A stretch of DNA of 64,000 bases from contig JBGCEE010000032.1 in assembly GCA_045106015.1 (NCBI GenBank), positions 1,668-65,667 on the forward strand, written 5' to 3'. Each line of letters opens with the position of its first letter. The stretch's first letter is position 1. Below are positions 37,522-48,317 of this stretch, in pieces. A program made the position numbers and the translations under genes. A model generated the notes under the pieces. It had not been told where the DNA came from, did no database searches, and worked only from the letters and a program-made list of their open reading frames with translations. The stretch is from Akkermansiaceae bacterium (GTDB lineage Bacteria > Verrucomicrobiota > Verrucomicrobiia > Verrucomicrobiales > Akkermansiaceae).

Positions 37522-38868
37522 CTAAGCTAGGATTTCGGTAAGTTCACCCGTGCTGTCTGCAAATTTTTCGACCGGCGCATCCACAGCATTGAGCATGGAG
37601 ACAAATAAATTGGAAAGCGGCACCTTGCGACTGTCGTCAAAGTTGTGAAGGTTGCCGTGTTTGAAGCCGAGCTTGCCACCACCTGCAATTTGGATCGGAT
37701 AGAGTTTGGTGCTGTGAGAAGCATGTGGGTGGGCAGAGCCCCAAAGGACGACGGTGTTGTCTAGCATGTTGCCGTCACCTTCTTGAGTATCACGCATGCG
37801 TTTGAGGAAATAGGCGTGTTGTTCGGCGCGCCATTTCTCCCACTGCAGAGAAGCCTCATCGGGCCGCTTGTGTGCGATATCGTGAGTCGCACCGGTATAC
37901 CCAAAGAGTTGATTGGCAAAGTTTCCGACAGGATTTCCCGTGGAGTGTTCACTTTCCGTCATGAAGCTGGCGAAGCGAGTTGAGTCAGTTTGAAGGGCGA
38001 GGTAAAGCAAGTCATACATGCATTTGATGTATTCGGCAGGGTCTTGATAGCTTGCCTCAAGGTTGAGGCCCTTGGTATCGACTTTAGGCAGTGGTTCGTG
38101 AGTCCACTGACTGGTGCGTTCGACGCGTTTTTCAAGAGCACGAACCGAGTCGAGATATTCATCCATTTTCTGCTGATCCTCTGCGCCGATCTTGCCGTGT
38201 AAGGATTTGTAATTCTCCATCATCAGGTCAAGTACGCTGGCCTCGCGCTTGAGTTCTCCCCGCACGTCGTTGATGGTTTTGTTTGCGTAAGGCCTGAAGA
38301 GTTTATTGAAGATTTCCTGCGGCCGATGCATGGCTGGTATGGGTTGACCAGGACCGTAATGCGAGAGGGTTTTAGACATGCCGTAAGAGCCCGTGCCACC
38401 TTCTGTGCCGAGCACGATTGAAGCGTAGCGGGTGTCTTGCCCTTTCATTTTCGCGGCGAGTTGGTCGACGGAAATGTTGTTTGTTTTCTCAGGTCCAGAC
38501 ATATCAGCTCCGGTGGAAAAGACGTCGCCGCTGCTGTGGCCGCCTAAACCATAGCCGCCGGGGTGGTCCAATCCACGGAGATAAGTGATATCACTTTCAA
38601 GCGATTGAAAAGGTGCGGAGGCGTTTGCAAAAGTGAGTGGGCCTGAATCATGGCGCGGGAACCAACTAGACGGGTGTGCTTTGCCATCTTTGGTGTTTGG
38701 ATCGTAAACACCGTATCCAATATAGCTGACCACCATGCGCTTGGGCTGTTTTGCGCCACCAGCTAGTCCTCGTGCCCAACTCATACTGTTGAGGAAAGGG
38801 AGAGCAAGGGCGACCCCGCCGCCTCGCAATACGTCTCGACGATTCATATTCCAGGATTTAGTTCTCAT
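37522..38868 (-). CDS. DUF1552 domain protein
   Basis: Tat-like NRRDVLRGGGVALALPFLNSM, ISVDQLAA, MLDNTVVLWGS, PIQIAGGGKLGFKHG, LSNLFVSML. Confidence 0.93.
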   Translation of the reverse strand: MRTKSWNMNRRDVLRGGGVALALPFLNSMSWARGLAGGAKQPKRMVVSYIGYGVYDPNTKDGKAHPSSWFPRHDSGPLTFANASAPFQSLESDITYLRGLDHPGGYGLGGHSSGDVFSTGADMSGPEKTNNISVDQLAAKMKGQDTRYASIVLGTEGGTGSYGMSKTLSHYGPGQPIPAMHRPQEIFNKLFRPYANKTINDVRGELKREASVLDLMMENYKSLHGKIGAEDQQKMDEYLDSVRALEKRVERTSQWTHEPLPKVDTKGLNLEASYQDPAEYIKCMYDLLYLALQTDSTRFASFMTESEHSTGNPVGNFANQLFGYTGATHDIAHKRPDEASLQWEKWRAEQHAYFLKRMRDTQEGDGNMLDNTVVLWGSAHPHASHSTKLYPIQIAGGGKLGFKHGNLHNFDDSRKVPLSNLFVSMLNAVDAPVEKFADSTGELTEILA

Positions 38869-41441
38869 TTTTCTGTTTGGTTGGTAGTAGTTTCTCTGAA
38901 CGAATCACTGAGACAGACAGCGACGATCATATCTTTAAATCCATAGTCCGATTTTTTTGCCTCCGCAAGTAGTGCCTCCACGTCGAACCTGTCACGATAG
39001 GTCAATTCGCGCCCGATGCCGTAGCTGAGAAGCCGACGTATTACGTTTTCCGCGACATCTTCACTACGGTCCTTCAGAAGGTATTTCTTGAGATCTTCTA
39101 TTCCAGAAACTTCCGGTCCGTGTGGCACTCGTGCAATGGAGTCGACGTCTTCCGTATTGACGGTTTTCAGATAGGCCTTGTATCCATCCAAGTCTTTGTG
39201 GGTGTTTGGATCAAACCGTGAAATACGAGTTCCGTTCTTAGGGATCTTGGTTTGGAACTGACCGATCGCGTTATACTCTTCAAAGGGAATTCCCCAGGGA
39301 TCGAGGCGTACGTGGCAGTCGTTACAACTTTCTTGTTCGCGGTGCAATGCGAGCAGATCTTTGATGGTGACGGCATTGTCAGCAGAATCGCCTGTGGTAT
39401 CGGAGAGTGCAGGTACTTCTGCTGGCGGGGGTTTCACCTTATCGCCGAGAATCGCCTCTCGGAGCCACACAGCACGATAGATCGGATGAGGCGCAGAACC
39501 GGTTCCGTTGCCAACGAGGACGGAGCCTTGAGTTGGTAAACCGCCGATTCGACTTTCCGCTTTTAGTGCTACTGGGCGGAACGCGATACCCTTCACTCCT
39601 TCGACACCGTAGTGATTGGCCAGTGGTTCATTGAGCCAAGCGAAGTCAGAATCAACGACATTCATGACACTGGCGTTGCGACGAATCAATTCGGCGATAA
39701 AGCCGACGGTTTCCTCATGCATGAAATCGCGGATGGTGGGGCGGAACAGGACCTCTTGGCCCGTCCGTTCTCCGCGAACCACGGTATAGAGAAAGCGTGG
39801 GAAGAGTTGTAGGTTGACGTTGATGACTTTCATCTTGTCGATACTCAGCCATTGAGTCGTGAAATTATCGACGAAGTCCGAGGATCGCTCATCTTCCAGT
39901 AAGCGTTTGACTTGTGTGGTGATGACCTCGGGGTCATTCAAGCGCTTTTGCTCCGCAAGTTGCAATAAATCTTCGTCTGGCATCGTTCCCCAAAGTAGAT
40001 AGGAAAGTTTTGATGCGAGCTCATACTCGGGAGTAGCGATGCCTTCTACGGCTTGTGTGTGATAGAGAAACTGGTGGGAGATCAGCACCATGGAAAGAGT
40101 TTCCCGCATGGTCTCTTCAAGAGTTTCGAACTTTGGGCTGAGATATTTATAAAGTCCCGCAAAGCGATCGATTTCTTCAGTTGTCGAAGGGCGTCTGAAA
40201 GCGCGGTCTAGAAATCTCTTGATCACCTCCCGCACGTAGGCATCCGGATTTGAATCCCGAACTGGCGAATCGAAAAGAATACGGGTGTGATGTTCGGGAG
40301 GCCATACATCTGTGATTGGTCCTTCAAATTCAATCTCGCGCACAACTGCCCGTGGTAAATCGTACTGCATCTTACCATTACTAGAACTATAGTAGTCCAT
40401 CAGGCGTCCGTCATCGAAGAGATTCTGTGGATAGATGTAGCGTTGGTTTGGCTCTTGGCCGTTTTTGGTCACTCGACCGACTTGGATTGGGTAATTTTCA
40501 ATACGGCCGCGAAATTCAAAATCCTTGAGATCGTCGACGGTATTATTGAGGTAGACGGTTCCGACTGGGTGGTAGTCACCAGTGCCGGCGTCATGGCGTA
40601 GATGGCTTCCCATGACCATGCGAAGAGGGACTTCATCGTATCCTTCTGGGAGAATGGCCGCAGCCTTGATGCGGATTCTGAATTCACCTGTTTCCGGCCA
40701 TTCTTTGAATGAAACTCCGCGTGATACGGAACGCCTTCCACCTCCATGCACCCCCACTTCATCATCGTGGGCAGCTGCGAAAGCGGGGCCTCTCGGTTCG
40801 AACGTCCATTTCTGCCGATAAACTTTCGGTTCGCCTGGGTCGACAATCGCGCTGGCCATGGCGCGGCGGGCGTTTTTCAAGTAGCGGTCGATTTGCTCGG
40901 GCCCCAGTAGCATAAGATCTGCCGTATTGTTGAAGTGGTAGGGCTTTTCCGGGTCTTCAGGAAGCGTCTTCGTTAGGTCGAGCTCGAATCCAAGTAGATC
41001 TCGCATAGTATTCTGATACTCGAAATTGCTGAGTCTGCGTGCCGTTGTCTGTGGAGCTTGGCTGCTCGCTTTTTTCACATAGTCTCGCAGACCGGAATCA
41101 ATCCACTCAGCGACTACCTCTCGCTCCCTCGCGTTCGGTTGTTTCTCGTCTTCGGGAGGCATTTCCTTGTAGTTGAGGACGTCGAGAATCTCTTCCCATC
41201 GTTCAAGCTCTTCGCCTCTGGAAAGGTCGCCATCGAGGCTGTGGAGAGTGATCTTGCCTTTGCTTTTGTCTGGCCCGTGGCACTTGATACAGTAGGTCTC
41301 AAAGAAGGGCTGAATCTGTGATTTGAAGTCTTCTGGCGATGCGTTGCCATCCACGAGGCCAAGGAAGCCGGTAACTGTCGCAAGCGGCAGAATTCGCATG
41401 AAGCTGAAGCGTCTGGAAGATATGTTATCGAAAAGTTTCAT
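38865..41441 (-). CDS. DUF1592/DUF1588/DUF1587/DUF1595/DUF1585 planctomycete-type cytochrome c domain protein
   Basis: CIKCHG heme motif, RRLSNFEYQNT, YELASKLSYLLW..MPD, NFTTQWL, CNDCH..LDPWG. Start uncertain (41399-41501). Confidence 0.92.
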   Translation of the reverse strand: MKLFDNISSRRFSFMRILPLATVTGFLGLVDGNASPEDFKSQIQPFFETYCIKCHGPDKSKGKITLHSLDGDLSRGEELERWEEILDVLNYKEMPPEDEKQPNAREREVVAEWIDSGLRDYVKKASSQAPQTTARRLSNFEYQNTMRDLLGFELDLTKTLPEDPEKPYHFNNTADLMLLGPEQIDRYLKNARRAMASAIVDPGEPKVYRQKWTFEPRGPAFAAAHDDEVGVHGGGRRSVSRGVSFKEWPETGEFRIRIKAAAILPEGYDEVPLRMVMGSHLRHDAGTGDYHPVGTVYLNNTVDDLKDFEFRGRIENYPIQVGRVTKNGQEPNQRYIYPQNLFDDGRLMDYYSSSNGKMQYDLPRAVVREIEFEGPITDVWPPEHHTRILFDSPVRDSNPDAYVREVIKRFLDRAFRRPSTTEEIDRFAGLYKYLSPKFETLEETMRETLSMVLISHQFLYHTQAVEGIATPEYELASKLSYLLWGTMPDEDLLQLAEQKRLNDPEVITTQVKRLLEDERSSDFVDNFTTQWLSIDKMKVINVNLQLFPRFLYTVVRGERTGQEVLFRPTIRDFMHEETVGFIAELIRRNASVMNVVDSDFAWLNEPLANHYGVEGVKGIAFRPVALKAESRIGGLPTQGSVLVGNGTGSAPHPIYRAVWLREAILGDKVKPPPAEVPALSDTTGDSADNAVTIKDLLALHREQESCNDCHVRLDPWGIPFEEYNAIGQFQTKIPKNGTRISRFDPNTHKDLDGYKAYLKTVNTEDVDSIARVPHGPEVSGIEDLKKYLLKDRSEDVAENVIRRLLSYGIGRELTYRDRFDVEALLAEAKKSDYGFKDMIVAVCLSDSFRETTTNQTEK

Positions 41442-41584
41442 CAAAGAACTGCCGGGGAGCACACAGGCACCCATTACGGCTTTTACAGTAACGCCAATCA
41501 AGCGGGTTGTCTTTCAAAAGGTAGAGGCCCAACTATACCGAAAATTTGGATAGTTGGACTCACCCAAATTTAGTCTCACGAAGC

Positions 41585-41628
41585 GGAAGACGAGCGAGGG
41601 AATTGAGCGAAGAGAGCTTCTGTCTTCC
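41585..41628 (-). terminator. Hairpin after dgoA
   Basis: GGAAGAC / GTCTTCC 7-bp inverted repeat 8 nt downstream of the dgoA stop. Confidence 0.3.
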
Positions 41629-41636
41629 TGGTCGCA

Positions 41637-42269
41637 TCATGAATGCCTATTCATCAAGGCGATCATTGATTTTGCATTGGCAGCGACTTTCTCCGAAGTG
41701 TCTCCTGCCTTGTAGAGATTGGAACCCAGCCCCACTCCTTTTATGCCGATCGAGAGCCAGTTTTCGAGATTGTGTTCGTTCACACCACCGACTGCGAAAA
41801 TTCCGATTTCTTTTGGTATGACTGCCATCATATCTTTCACACCCGCGACGCCAACGACCGAGGCTGGGAAAATTTTCAGAGCGTTTGCTCCGGCGTTGAT
41901 GGCTTCGAAGCACTCGGTGCAAGTCAGTGCTCCGGGAATGGAATACATGCCCATTGTTACGGTTTTTTCGATCACTTCCACATTCACTGAGGGTGAAACA
42001 ATGAACTGCCCACCTGCGGACTGGACGTTCTCCACATCCTTGGCGCTGAGCACGGTCCCCGCACCAATTGCCATTCTCCCTTCAAAGTGATTGGCCAGCA
42101 GTTCGATGCTTTTTAATGGTTCCGGTGAATTTAAGGTGACCTCCATGGTGGTGATGCCGGAGTTGAACAAGGCAGTGCCAATTTCGATCGCCTCAGATGG
42201 CATCAGGCCACGGAGGATCGCCACCATTGGGAGTTTGTCGATTTGTTCGGCAACGAATGAATTCTTCAT
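41637..42269 (-). CDS. dgoA: 2-dehydro-3-deoxy-6-phosphogalactonate aldolase
   Basis: PMVAILRG, EVTLNSPEPLKSI, IGAGTVL, ALKIFPA, AVGGV. Overlaps dgoK by 4 nt. Confidence 0.92.
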   Translation of the reverse strand: MKNSFVAEQIDKLPMVAILRGLMPSEAIEIGTALFNSGITTMEVTLNSPEPLKSIELLANHFEGRMAIGAGTVLSAKDVENVQSAGGQFIVSPSVNVEVIEKTVTMGMYSIPGALTCTECFEAINAGANALKIFPASVVGVAGVKDMMAVIPKEIGIFAVGGVNEHNLENWLSIGIKGVGLGSNLYKAGDTSEKVAANAKSMIALMNRHS

Positions 42270-43135
42270 GGGCGTTTTAGTTCGATGTGAGCTCTCACGG
42301 TTGCGGATTCACTGTCCACGGGGATGCTTTTGATGTGAATCTGCTCAAGTGCCAAGGCATAAGACTTGATCAATGGTCCAGAGCCACACAGATGGACCGT
42401 GCCCTGTGCCTTCTGTGCCAAGATTTCGTTAGCAATAAGAAAGCCAGAAAGGCAGGAGTGAAACCCATTTGCGGAAACCTTTGAAAAGACGTATTCCGTT
42501 CGCAATCGAAAGAGCCGATCTAGGCCACTACCTTCGTTTGCCATGTGACATCCATGAAGAAACCCATCGCCGTCGAATGTCGTGCTGGTAATTTGTTCTT
42601 TGAAGATACTGTTTTCACTAAGCGAATGAAATAAATCGCCAGTCATATGCGTTCTGACGCTGGCAATCTTACCGTTTTCGATTTTGACCCATTTTGAATG
42701 AGTTCCCGGCAAGCAGATGAGGCGCGCATCGGGTTTTTCAAGCAAGATGCCGAACACTTGAATCTCTTCTCCTCGCATTACATCAATGGCCCCATCATGC
42801 GTTTCGTGCTTGATGCCTCCGTATACGCGAAGATTTGGAAATTCTTGAATGGATTTATAATTACTGGAAAAGTTATCGATTCCCGTCGGTGTGGAGGCAT
42901 ACTCCGTTTCAATCCATCCGTTTTTCGAGCCAGCCATGCCAGAAATGCGGATGGGAATATCAAACCCAACTTCAAAATTTCTGAGCACTTTGGTCATCTC
43001 TTCGTGGAATTCATCCTTTCGCCCTGCCAATTGCTTGACCCCCATATCTGATTCGTAGTTATTCAAAACCTTCCCATCGGCATCGAGCAACCATGCCCGT
43101 AGCCGGCTGCTTCCCCAGTCACATACAATCCACAT
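42266..43135 (-). CDS. dgoK: 2-dehydro-3-deoxygalactonokinase
   Basis: CDWGSSRLRAW, SGMAGSKNGW, DVMRGEEIQ, LPGTHSKW, MTGDLF, LSGFLIANE. Confidence 0.93.
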   Translation of the reverse strand: MWIVCDWGSSRLRAWLLDADGKVLNNYESDMGVKQLAGRKDEFHEEMTKVLRNFEVGFDIPIRISGMAGSKNGWIETEYASTPTGIDNFSSNYKSIQEFPNLRVYGGIKHETHDGAIDVMRGEEIQVFGILLEKPDARLICLPGTHSKWVKIENGKIASVRTHMTGDLFHSLSENSIFKEQITSTTFDGDGFLHGCHMANEGSGLDRLFRLRTEYVFSKVSANGFHSCLSGFLIANEILAQKAQGTVHLCGSGPLIKSYALALEQIHIKSIPVDSESATVRAHIELKRP

Positions 43136-43194
43136 GAGGTTGTTGATAGATGAGAGGCGCAGTCTTGTGAACGTTAGATCCGAAAATTTTCTCC

Positions 43195-44343
43195 ATGAGA
43201 ATCACTAAGCTTCATTTATACAAAGTCCCGCCTAGGTGGGTCTTTCTGGAAATTGAGACTGACGAAGGTGTGTCTGGCTGGGGTGAGCCAGTGATCGAAG
43301 GTCGAGCCGAAACCGTCATGGCGGCGGTTCGAGAACTCGAGCCGATGTTGATCGGTCAAGATCCAGAAAAGATCAATGATTTGTGGAATGCGATGTATCG
43401 AGGTGGTTTCTATCGAGGCGGTCCGATTCTTATGTCGGCGATTGCTGGGGTGGATCAAGCCCTTTGGGATCTGAAAGGCAAAGCCCTCGGTCAGCCCATC
43501 ACTGAGCTTTTGGGCGGGAGAGTTCGTGAGAAAATGAAGTCATACTGCTGGGTTGGTGGTGACAATCCCGAAGATGAAATATCGCAAATCGAGAAAGCAC
43601 GTGCGAAGGGACTGGACACATTCAAGTTGAACGGTTGTGGAGCGCTGCCGCAGATCGCCTCGCATCGAGAGATCGATGAAATCGTCAATCGTATCTCAGC
43701 GATCAGGGCGCACTTTGGAAACGAGATTGATTTTGCATTGGATTTTCACGGACGTGTTTCACTTTCCATGGCAAGAGTCCTTTTAAGGGAGTTGGAGACT
43801 ACGCGGCCCTTGTTCGTCGAGGAGCCAGTGCTCCCGGAATACGCGCGTTCCTACAGAGAGCTGGCCGATTTGACATCAATCCCGCTTGCCGCAGGGGAAC
43901 GTGCCTATAGCCGATTTGATTTTCTGCCCATTCTTGAGTCAGGCGGCTTGAGTATCATTCAACCGGACTTGTCGCATGCAGGCGGAATCACCGAGTGCCT
44001 AAAAATTGCGTCTTTGGCAGAAACTTTTCATGTTTCGCTGGCCCCACATTGCCCCCTTGGGCCGATCGCTTTGGCCTCTTGCCTCGCGGTGGATTTTATT
44101 TCACCGAACGCCGTGCTGCAGGAGCAATCAGTCGGCATCCACTATAACGACGGTGTTGAGCTGACGGATTATGTTCGGAACAAAACTGACTTTGGCTCCA
44201 AGGACGGCTGGATCGCACCGCTGCGGTTGCCTGGATTAGGCGTGGATATCGATAGAGAGTTTGTGATCGAACAGAGCAAGGTCAAACATGACTGGAAAAA
44301 TCCGGTGTGGCGCCACGAGGATGGTTCTATTTCAGAATGGTAA
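43195..44343 (+). CDS. dgoD: D-galactonate dehydratase
   Basis: [71 protein letters not shown]. Confidence 0.96.
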   Translation: MRITKLHLYKVPPRWVFLEIETDEGVSGWGEPVIEGRAETVMAAVRELEPMLIGQDPEKINDLWNAMYRGGFYRGGPILMSAIAGVDQALWDLKGKALGQPITELLGGRVREKMKSYCWVGGDNPEDEISQIEKARAKGLDTFKLNGCGALPQIASHREIDEIVNRISAIRAHFGNEIDFALDFHGRVSLSMARVLLRELETTRPLFVEEPVLPEYARSYRELADLTSIPLAAGERAYSRFDFLPILESGGLSIIQPDLSHAGGITECLKIASLAETFHVSLAPHCPLGPIALASCLAVDFISPNAVLQEQSVGIHYNDGVELTDYVRNKTDFGSKDGWIAPLRLPGLGVDIDREFVIEQSKVKHDWKNPVWRHEDGSISEW

Positions 44344-44347
44344 GAAT

Positions 44348-46063
44348 ATGATCAATCAATTTTCCGGAACTACTGCGAATATCGTAAATCACATGCAAAC
44401 CCTTGACTGGGTTGTCGTCGTATTCTGGGTGCTGGGCACGAGTTTGTTCGGCTATTGGTTTTCCAAATACGTGAAAACAGCCAGAGACTATCTGGTCGCA
44501 GGCCGCAAGCTGAAGTGGTGGCAGATTGGTATTGCGCAGGCTGCCGATTCGGTAGATGCAGGAGACTTTATTGCCATCGCCGGCATGGCGTATCTGAAAG
44601 GCTTCACAGGGCTTGGGTATATCTGGATTGGTATGGCCTTCGGAACCTACATTCTCGCACGCCATCTGGCACCGATGCTTTATCGAAGTGGAGTCGTGAC
44701 CAACGCAGAATTTCTCGAACTGCGTTTTACTCCCTCCATGCGAAAGGCTTCGGCATTGATTCAGATCCTTTATCGTTTCATTGCGATGGCTTTAGTAGGC
44801 TACGCGTTGGCCACCATGTTCAAGGTGGTGATGGGTGTTGAGATGACCCATGGAATTCTAATTTCCATGAGCATCACAATTCTTTATGTGTTCGCTTCTG
44901 GGCAGTTGGGTGTGGTGATGGCCGCGATACCTCAAGTTGCACTGATGCTGCTCGTTTCAGGTATCATCTTTTTTTCCGTGTATATGGATATCGGGGGTGT
45001 GGAGGGGTTCAAGAGTCATCTTCCGGAATATGGTGACATGTTGCACCTGACCTACTACACGGAGGACGGGCTGAACCCCTCACTTTACCTCTGGGGCCTA
45101 ATTCTTGTTCTCTTCACCTACCCATTGGTCAATCAGACCGTGGCGCAGCGAATCGTTTCGGCTGCAAGTGAATCGGATGCGCGGAAAGGCAGTATGATTT
45201 CACTGCTTCCTTGGTTCATTGTGACTGGCGTGGCGATCCTTGCTGGAGTGGTAGGAACGGTTCTAGTTCCGGACTTACCTGCGGAAACGAGAAACGACCT
45301 GTATCCCATTTACATGGTGAAATATCTATCGCCTGGGATTCTGGGCTTGGGAGTTGCCGCTTTGGTCGTTGGCAGCATGTCTACGGGTGCGGGAATTGGA
45401 ACCGCGATTTCTGGCCTCATGGCAAATGATGTTTTCAACATTCTTGATAGCGAGAAATACACGGCTGCGCAGAAATTAAGATGGAGCCGAATTTTTTCAA
45501 CCGCAGCGATTGTTTTCGGTTCGATCCTATCGTCACAGGTCTCGAACTTCGGAGGGATGGTTCCGTTCTATGTGACATTTTCGGGAACCTTTGTTCTTCC
45601 ACTCACGGTCCCGTATCTGGCCGCTGCCTTTTTCCCTCAAGCAAGCCGCCACTCAGCACTTGCATCGCTTATCACAGGGTGTGGGGTCGGACTGATCCTC
45701 TTTAATGCTACCGAGTACCTACCAGTCTACATGACACAACCGCAGTGCCGCCCGCTTTGGGTTCTCGGTGTGGCGCTCGTTACCATGGTAGTCTGGTCGC
45801 TTGTGGAAAATGCGGTGAAAGGTCCGATTCCAAAGAGTCAGCTTGCGAGCCGTTTCAATACCTTTGATTTTGGGAAAAACATGACGCCCGATGAGGCCAA
45901 AGAACTCATGGAAGACGGAGGTTTGGAAGACTGGAAAGCGAAGGCCAACATCCAGTATGAAACTCTTGGAATACGAAGTGATGTTCCTTGGTTTTCCCGC
46001 CCCGGGTTTTACGAAATTTCCACGGTTGTACTGATGATCGCCATCATGATCTGGCTCTGGTAA
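44348..46063 (+). CDS. Sodium:solute symporter (SSS) family transporter
   Basis: Many TM helices. YLVAGRKL, TNAEFLELRF, VNQTVAQRIVSA, LVVGSMST. Confidence 0.9.
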   Translation: MINQFSGTTANIVNHMQTLDWVVVVFWVLGTSLFGYWFSKYVKTARDYLVAGRKLKWWQIGIAQAADSVDAGDFIAIAGMAYLKGFTGLGYIWIGMAFGTYILARHLAPMLYRSGVVTNAEFLELRFTPSMRKASALIQILYRFIAMALVGYALATMFKVVMGVEMTHGILISMSITILYVFASGQLGVVMAAIPQVALMLLVSGIIFFSVYMDIGGVEGFKSHLPEYGDMLHLTYYTEDGLNPSLYLWGLILVLFTYPLVNQTVAQRIVSAASESDARKGSMISLLPWFIVTGVAILAGVVGTVLVPDLPAETRNDLYPIYMVKYLSPGILGLGVAALVVGSMSTGAGIGTAISGLMANDVFNILDSEKYTAAQKLRWSRIFSTAAIVFGSILSSQVSNFGGMVPFYVTFSGTFVLPLTVPYLAAAFFPQASRHSALASLITGCGVGLILFNATEYLPVYMTQPQCRPLWVLGVALVTMVVWSLVENAVKGPIPKSQLASRFNTFDFGKNMTPDEAKELMEDGGLEDWKAKANIQYETLGIRSDVPWFSRPGFYEISTVVLMIAIMIWLW

Positions 46064-46079
46064 AAAGACTCTCAAATTT

Positions 46080-47096
46080 ATGAAACATACTATTCAATCT
46101 CTCTTCGCTGTCGTGATGGCTATCACCTGCAGCGCTGAAAATTATAAGACCATTGGTTCCCTCGAAAGCCACGATCCACAGTTCGACAAGCTGGTCTCCC
46201 CGGATGCAAAAATCGAGATCATCGCCGAAGGCTTTTCATGGATTGAAGGCCCGTTGTGGTTACCCACTGAAAATTGCCTGATCTTTTCAAATATCCCTCC
46301 AAACAAGATTTGGAAATGGACAGAAAAGGAGGGCGCTACGGTGTATTTGGAAAAGAGCGGTTATCTTGGCAAAGTACCACGTCCCGGAGTGACCGGCGCC
46401 TTCGACCAAGCTGGATCAAACGGCCTCATTCTCAGCCCGCTTAATCAGCTTGTCCTTTGCCAGCATGGCTTACGTCAGATCGGTATGATGAAGGCTCCCT
46501 TGAATGACCCGAAGCCGAACTACATTCCTCTAACTGACCAGAACGACGAAGAGCAGCGCTACAACAGCCCGAACGATGGATGCTACCACCGCGATGGCAG
46601 TCTATTTTTCACGGATCCACCTTATGGACTGCCGAAAGGAGCCGACGATCCAACTAGAGAGACTGACTACTCTGGAGTCTACCGGCTTGCTAAAAATGGA
46701 AAGGTAACCCTGATCGATGATCAGTTGGAACGCCCGAACGGTATCGCTTTGTCACCGACGAACGACACGCTTTATGTGGCGAACTCTCACGGGCCGAACG
46801 CCATTTGGATGGCCTACGATCTCAATGAAGATGGCACGGTGAAGTCCAAGCGTGTTTTTAGAGATGTCACCAAAATGGTCGGAACGCGGAAAGGCATGCC
46901 GGATGGTCTGAAGGTTAATGATGCAGGGTATATTTTTGCGACAGCTCCTGGTGGTGTTTGGGTTCTCGACCCGAAAGGAAAGCATCTTGGAACCATTGTG
47001 ACGAAGGAGTTTGCAAGCAATGTGGCATTTGGCCCGGAGCAGAAAACTCTCTACATCACTGCGGACATGTTGCTTTTGCGCGTGAAGCTTAAGTAA
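46080..47096 (+). CDS. SMP-30 / gluconolactonase family protein, secreted
   Basis: Signal peptide. EGPLW, GSNGL, YNSPNDG, RPNGIALSP, PDGLKV. Confidence 0.93.
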   Translation: MKHTIQSLFAVVMAITCSAENYKTIGSLESHDPQFDKLVSPDAKIEIIAEGFSWIEGPLWLPTENCLIFSNIPPNKIWKWTEKEGATVYLEKSGYLGKVPRPGVTGAFDQAGSNGLILSPLNQLVLCQHGLRQIGMMKAPLNDPKPNYIPLTDQNDEEQRYNSPNDGCYHRDGSLFFTDPPYGLPKGADDPTRETDYSGVYRLAKNGKVTLIDDQLERPNGIALSPTNDTLYVANSHGPNAIWMAYDLNEDGTVKSKRVFRDVTKMVGTRKGMPDGLKVNDAGYIFATAPGGVWVLDPKGKHLGTIVTKEFASNVAFGPEQKTLYITADMLLLRVKLK

Positions 47097-47111
47097 GAGG
47101 AAGCCGACTGT

Positions 47112-48260
47112 ATGAAATTTCTAACAATTACTACTGTTGCAAGTTCTCTGCTTACGAATTTCGTCCTCGCAGACAATGAGAAACTGAGGGTAGGGAATGC
47201 GCAAAGCCCAGCTGAGGCAAAAGAAGAGCTCAAAGAATTTAAGAAAACATTTTCCAACCTTGATGAATGGAAGTTGCGCAAAGAGATCCTTCTCAAGGGC
47301 ATACTTCACGGTGCAGGCCTGTCAGAGCTCCCGCCGAAAACACCGCTCAAAGCAACGTTTTCGAATAAGCGAATTTACAAAGGTTATCAGATTGAGAGCG
47401 TGGCGTTTCAAAGTTCACCCGGATTCTATGTTACCGGCTCACTATACCGACCGACCGAATTTAGTGGTAACTTGGCAGGCATCTTGTGCCCGCACGGGCA
47501 CGGTGGCCGGTTCAAGGAAAGTCGACAGAAACGTTGTGCTGTACTCGCGCGTATGGGTGCTGCAGTTTTCCTTTTTGACATGGTAGGCTACGGAGATTCA
47601 AAGGAAGCCGGATGGTCGCACAAGGAGACTCCACAGGTGCTCAGGCTTCAGACATGGAACAGCATTCGAGCTCTCGACTTTATTCAATCTTTGCCGAAGG
47701 TGGATGCCGAAAGGATAGGAATGACCGGTTGCTCTGGGGGAGGCACGCAGACGTTTCTCCTAGCTGCGATCGACGAACGCGTTGCGGTGAGTGTTCCGGT
47801 TTGCCAAGTGTCCGCACATTTTTTTGGAGGTTGTGTTTGTGAAAGTGGAATGCCGATTCATCAGAGTCCGGAGCATAAGACGAACAACGCAGAAATCGCA
47901 GCACTAGCCGCGCCGCGCCCACAAATGCTTGTCTCCAACGGTGACGATTGGACCAAGCACAATCCTCGCGTGGAATTTCCCTACATCAAGTTTGTCTATG
48001 AGTTGTATGGTGCTGCGGATCGAATCGAACACGCGCACTTTGCCGATGAAAAACACGACTACGGGGAATCAAAGCGCATGGCCGCCTATCCATTCTTGGC
48101 AAAACATTTGAAACTCAATTTGAAGGCGGTGATGGACGAGGATGAAAAAATCGACGAGTCCTTTGTTGAAACAGAAGATCGCTCTGCAATGTTAGTTTTC
48201 GGAAAAGACCATCTCTATCCAAAAAACTCGGTGGCACCAAACACTCCCTTACCCGAATAG
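47112..48260 (+). CDS. Secreted alpha/beta hydrolase (acetyl-xylan-esterase-like)
   Basis: Signal peptide. [17 protein letters not shown], nucleophile motif [21 protein letters not shown]. Confidence 0.85.
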   Translation: MKFLTITTVASSLLTNFVLADNEKLRVGNAQSPAEAKEELKEFKKTFSNLDEWKLRKEILLKGILHGAGLSELPPKTPLKATFSNKRIYKGYQIESVAFQSSPGFYVTGSLYRPTEFSGNLAGILCPHGHGGRFKESRQKRCAVLARMGAAVFLFDMVGYGDSKEAGWSHKETPQVLRLQTWNSIRALDFIQSLPKVDAERIGMTGCSGGGTQTFLLAAIDERVAVSVPVCQVSAHFFGGCVCESGMPIHQSPEHKTNNAEIAALAAPRPQMLVSNGDDWTKHNPRVEFPYIKFVYELYGAADRIEHAHFADEKHDYGESKRMAAYPFLAKHLKLNLKAVMDEDEKIDESFVETEDRSAMLVFGKDHLYPKNSVAPNTPLPE

Positions 48261-48317
48261 ATTGGTCCGTTTGGCAGGAGAAAATAACCCGTCGCATTTC
48301 TATTCGAATTCAAAATA

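Noticed and set aside
43160-43180. LacI/GalR-like operator (TGTGAACGTTAGA) between dgoK and dgoD
   Set aside because: Only the AACGTT core is symmetric and no LacI gene is in the window.
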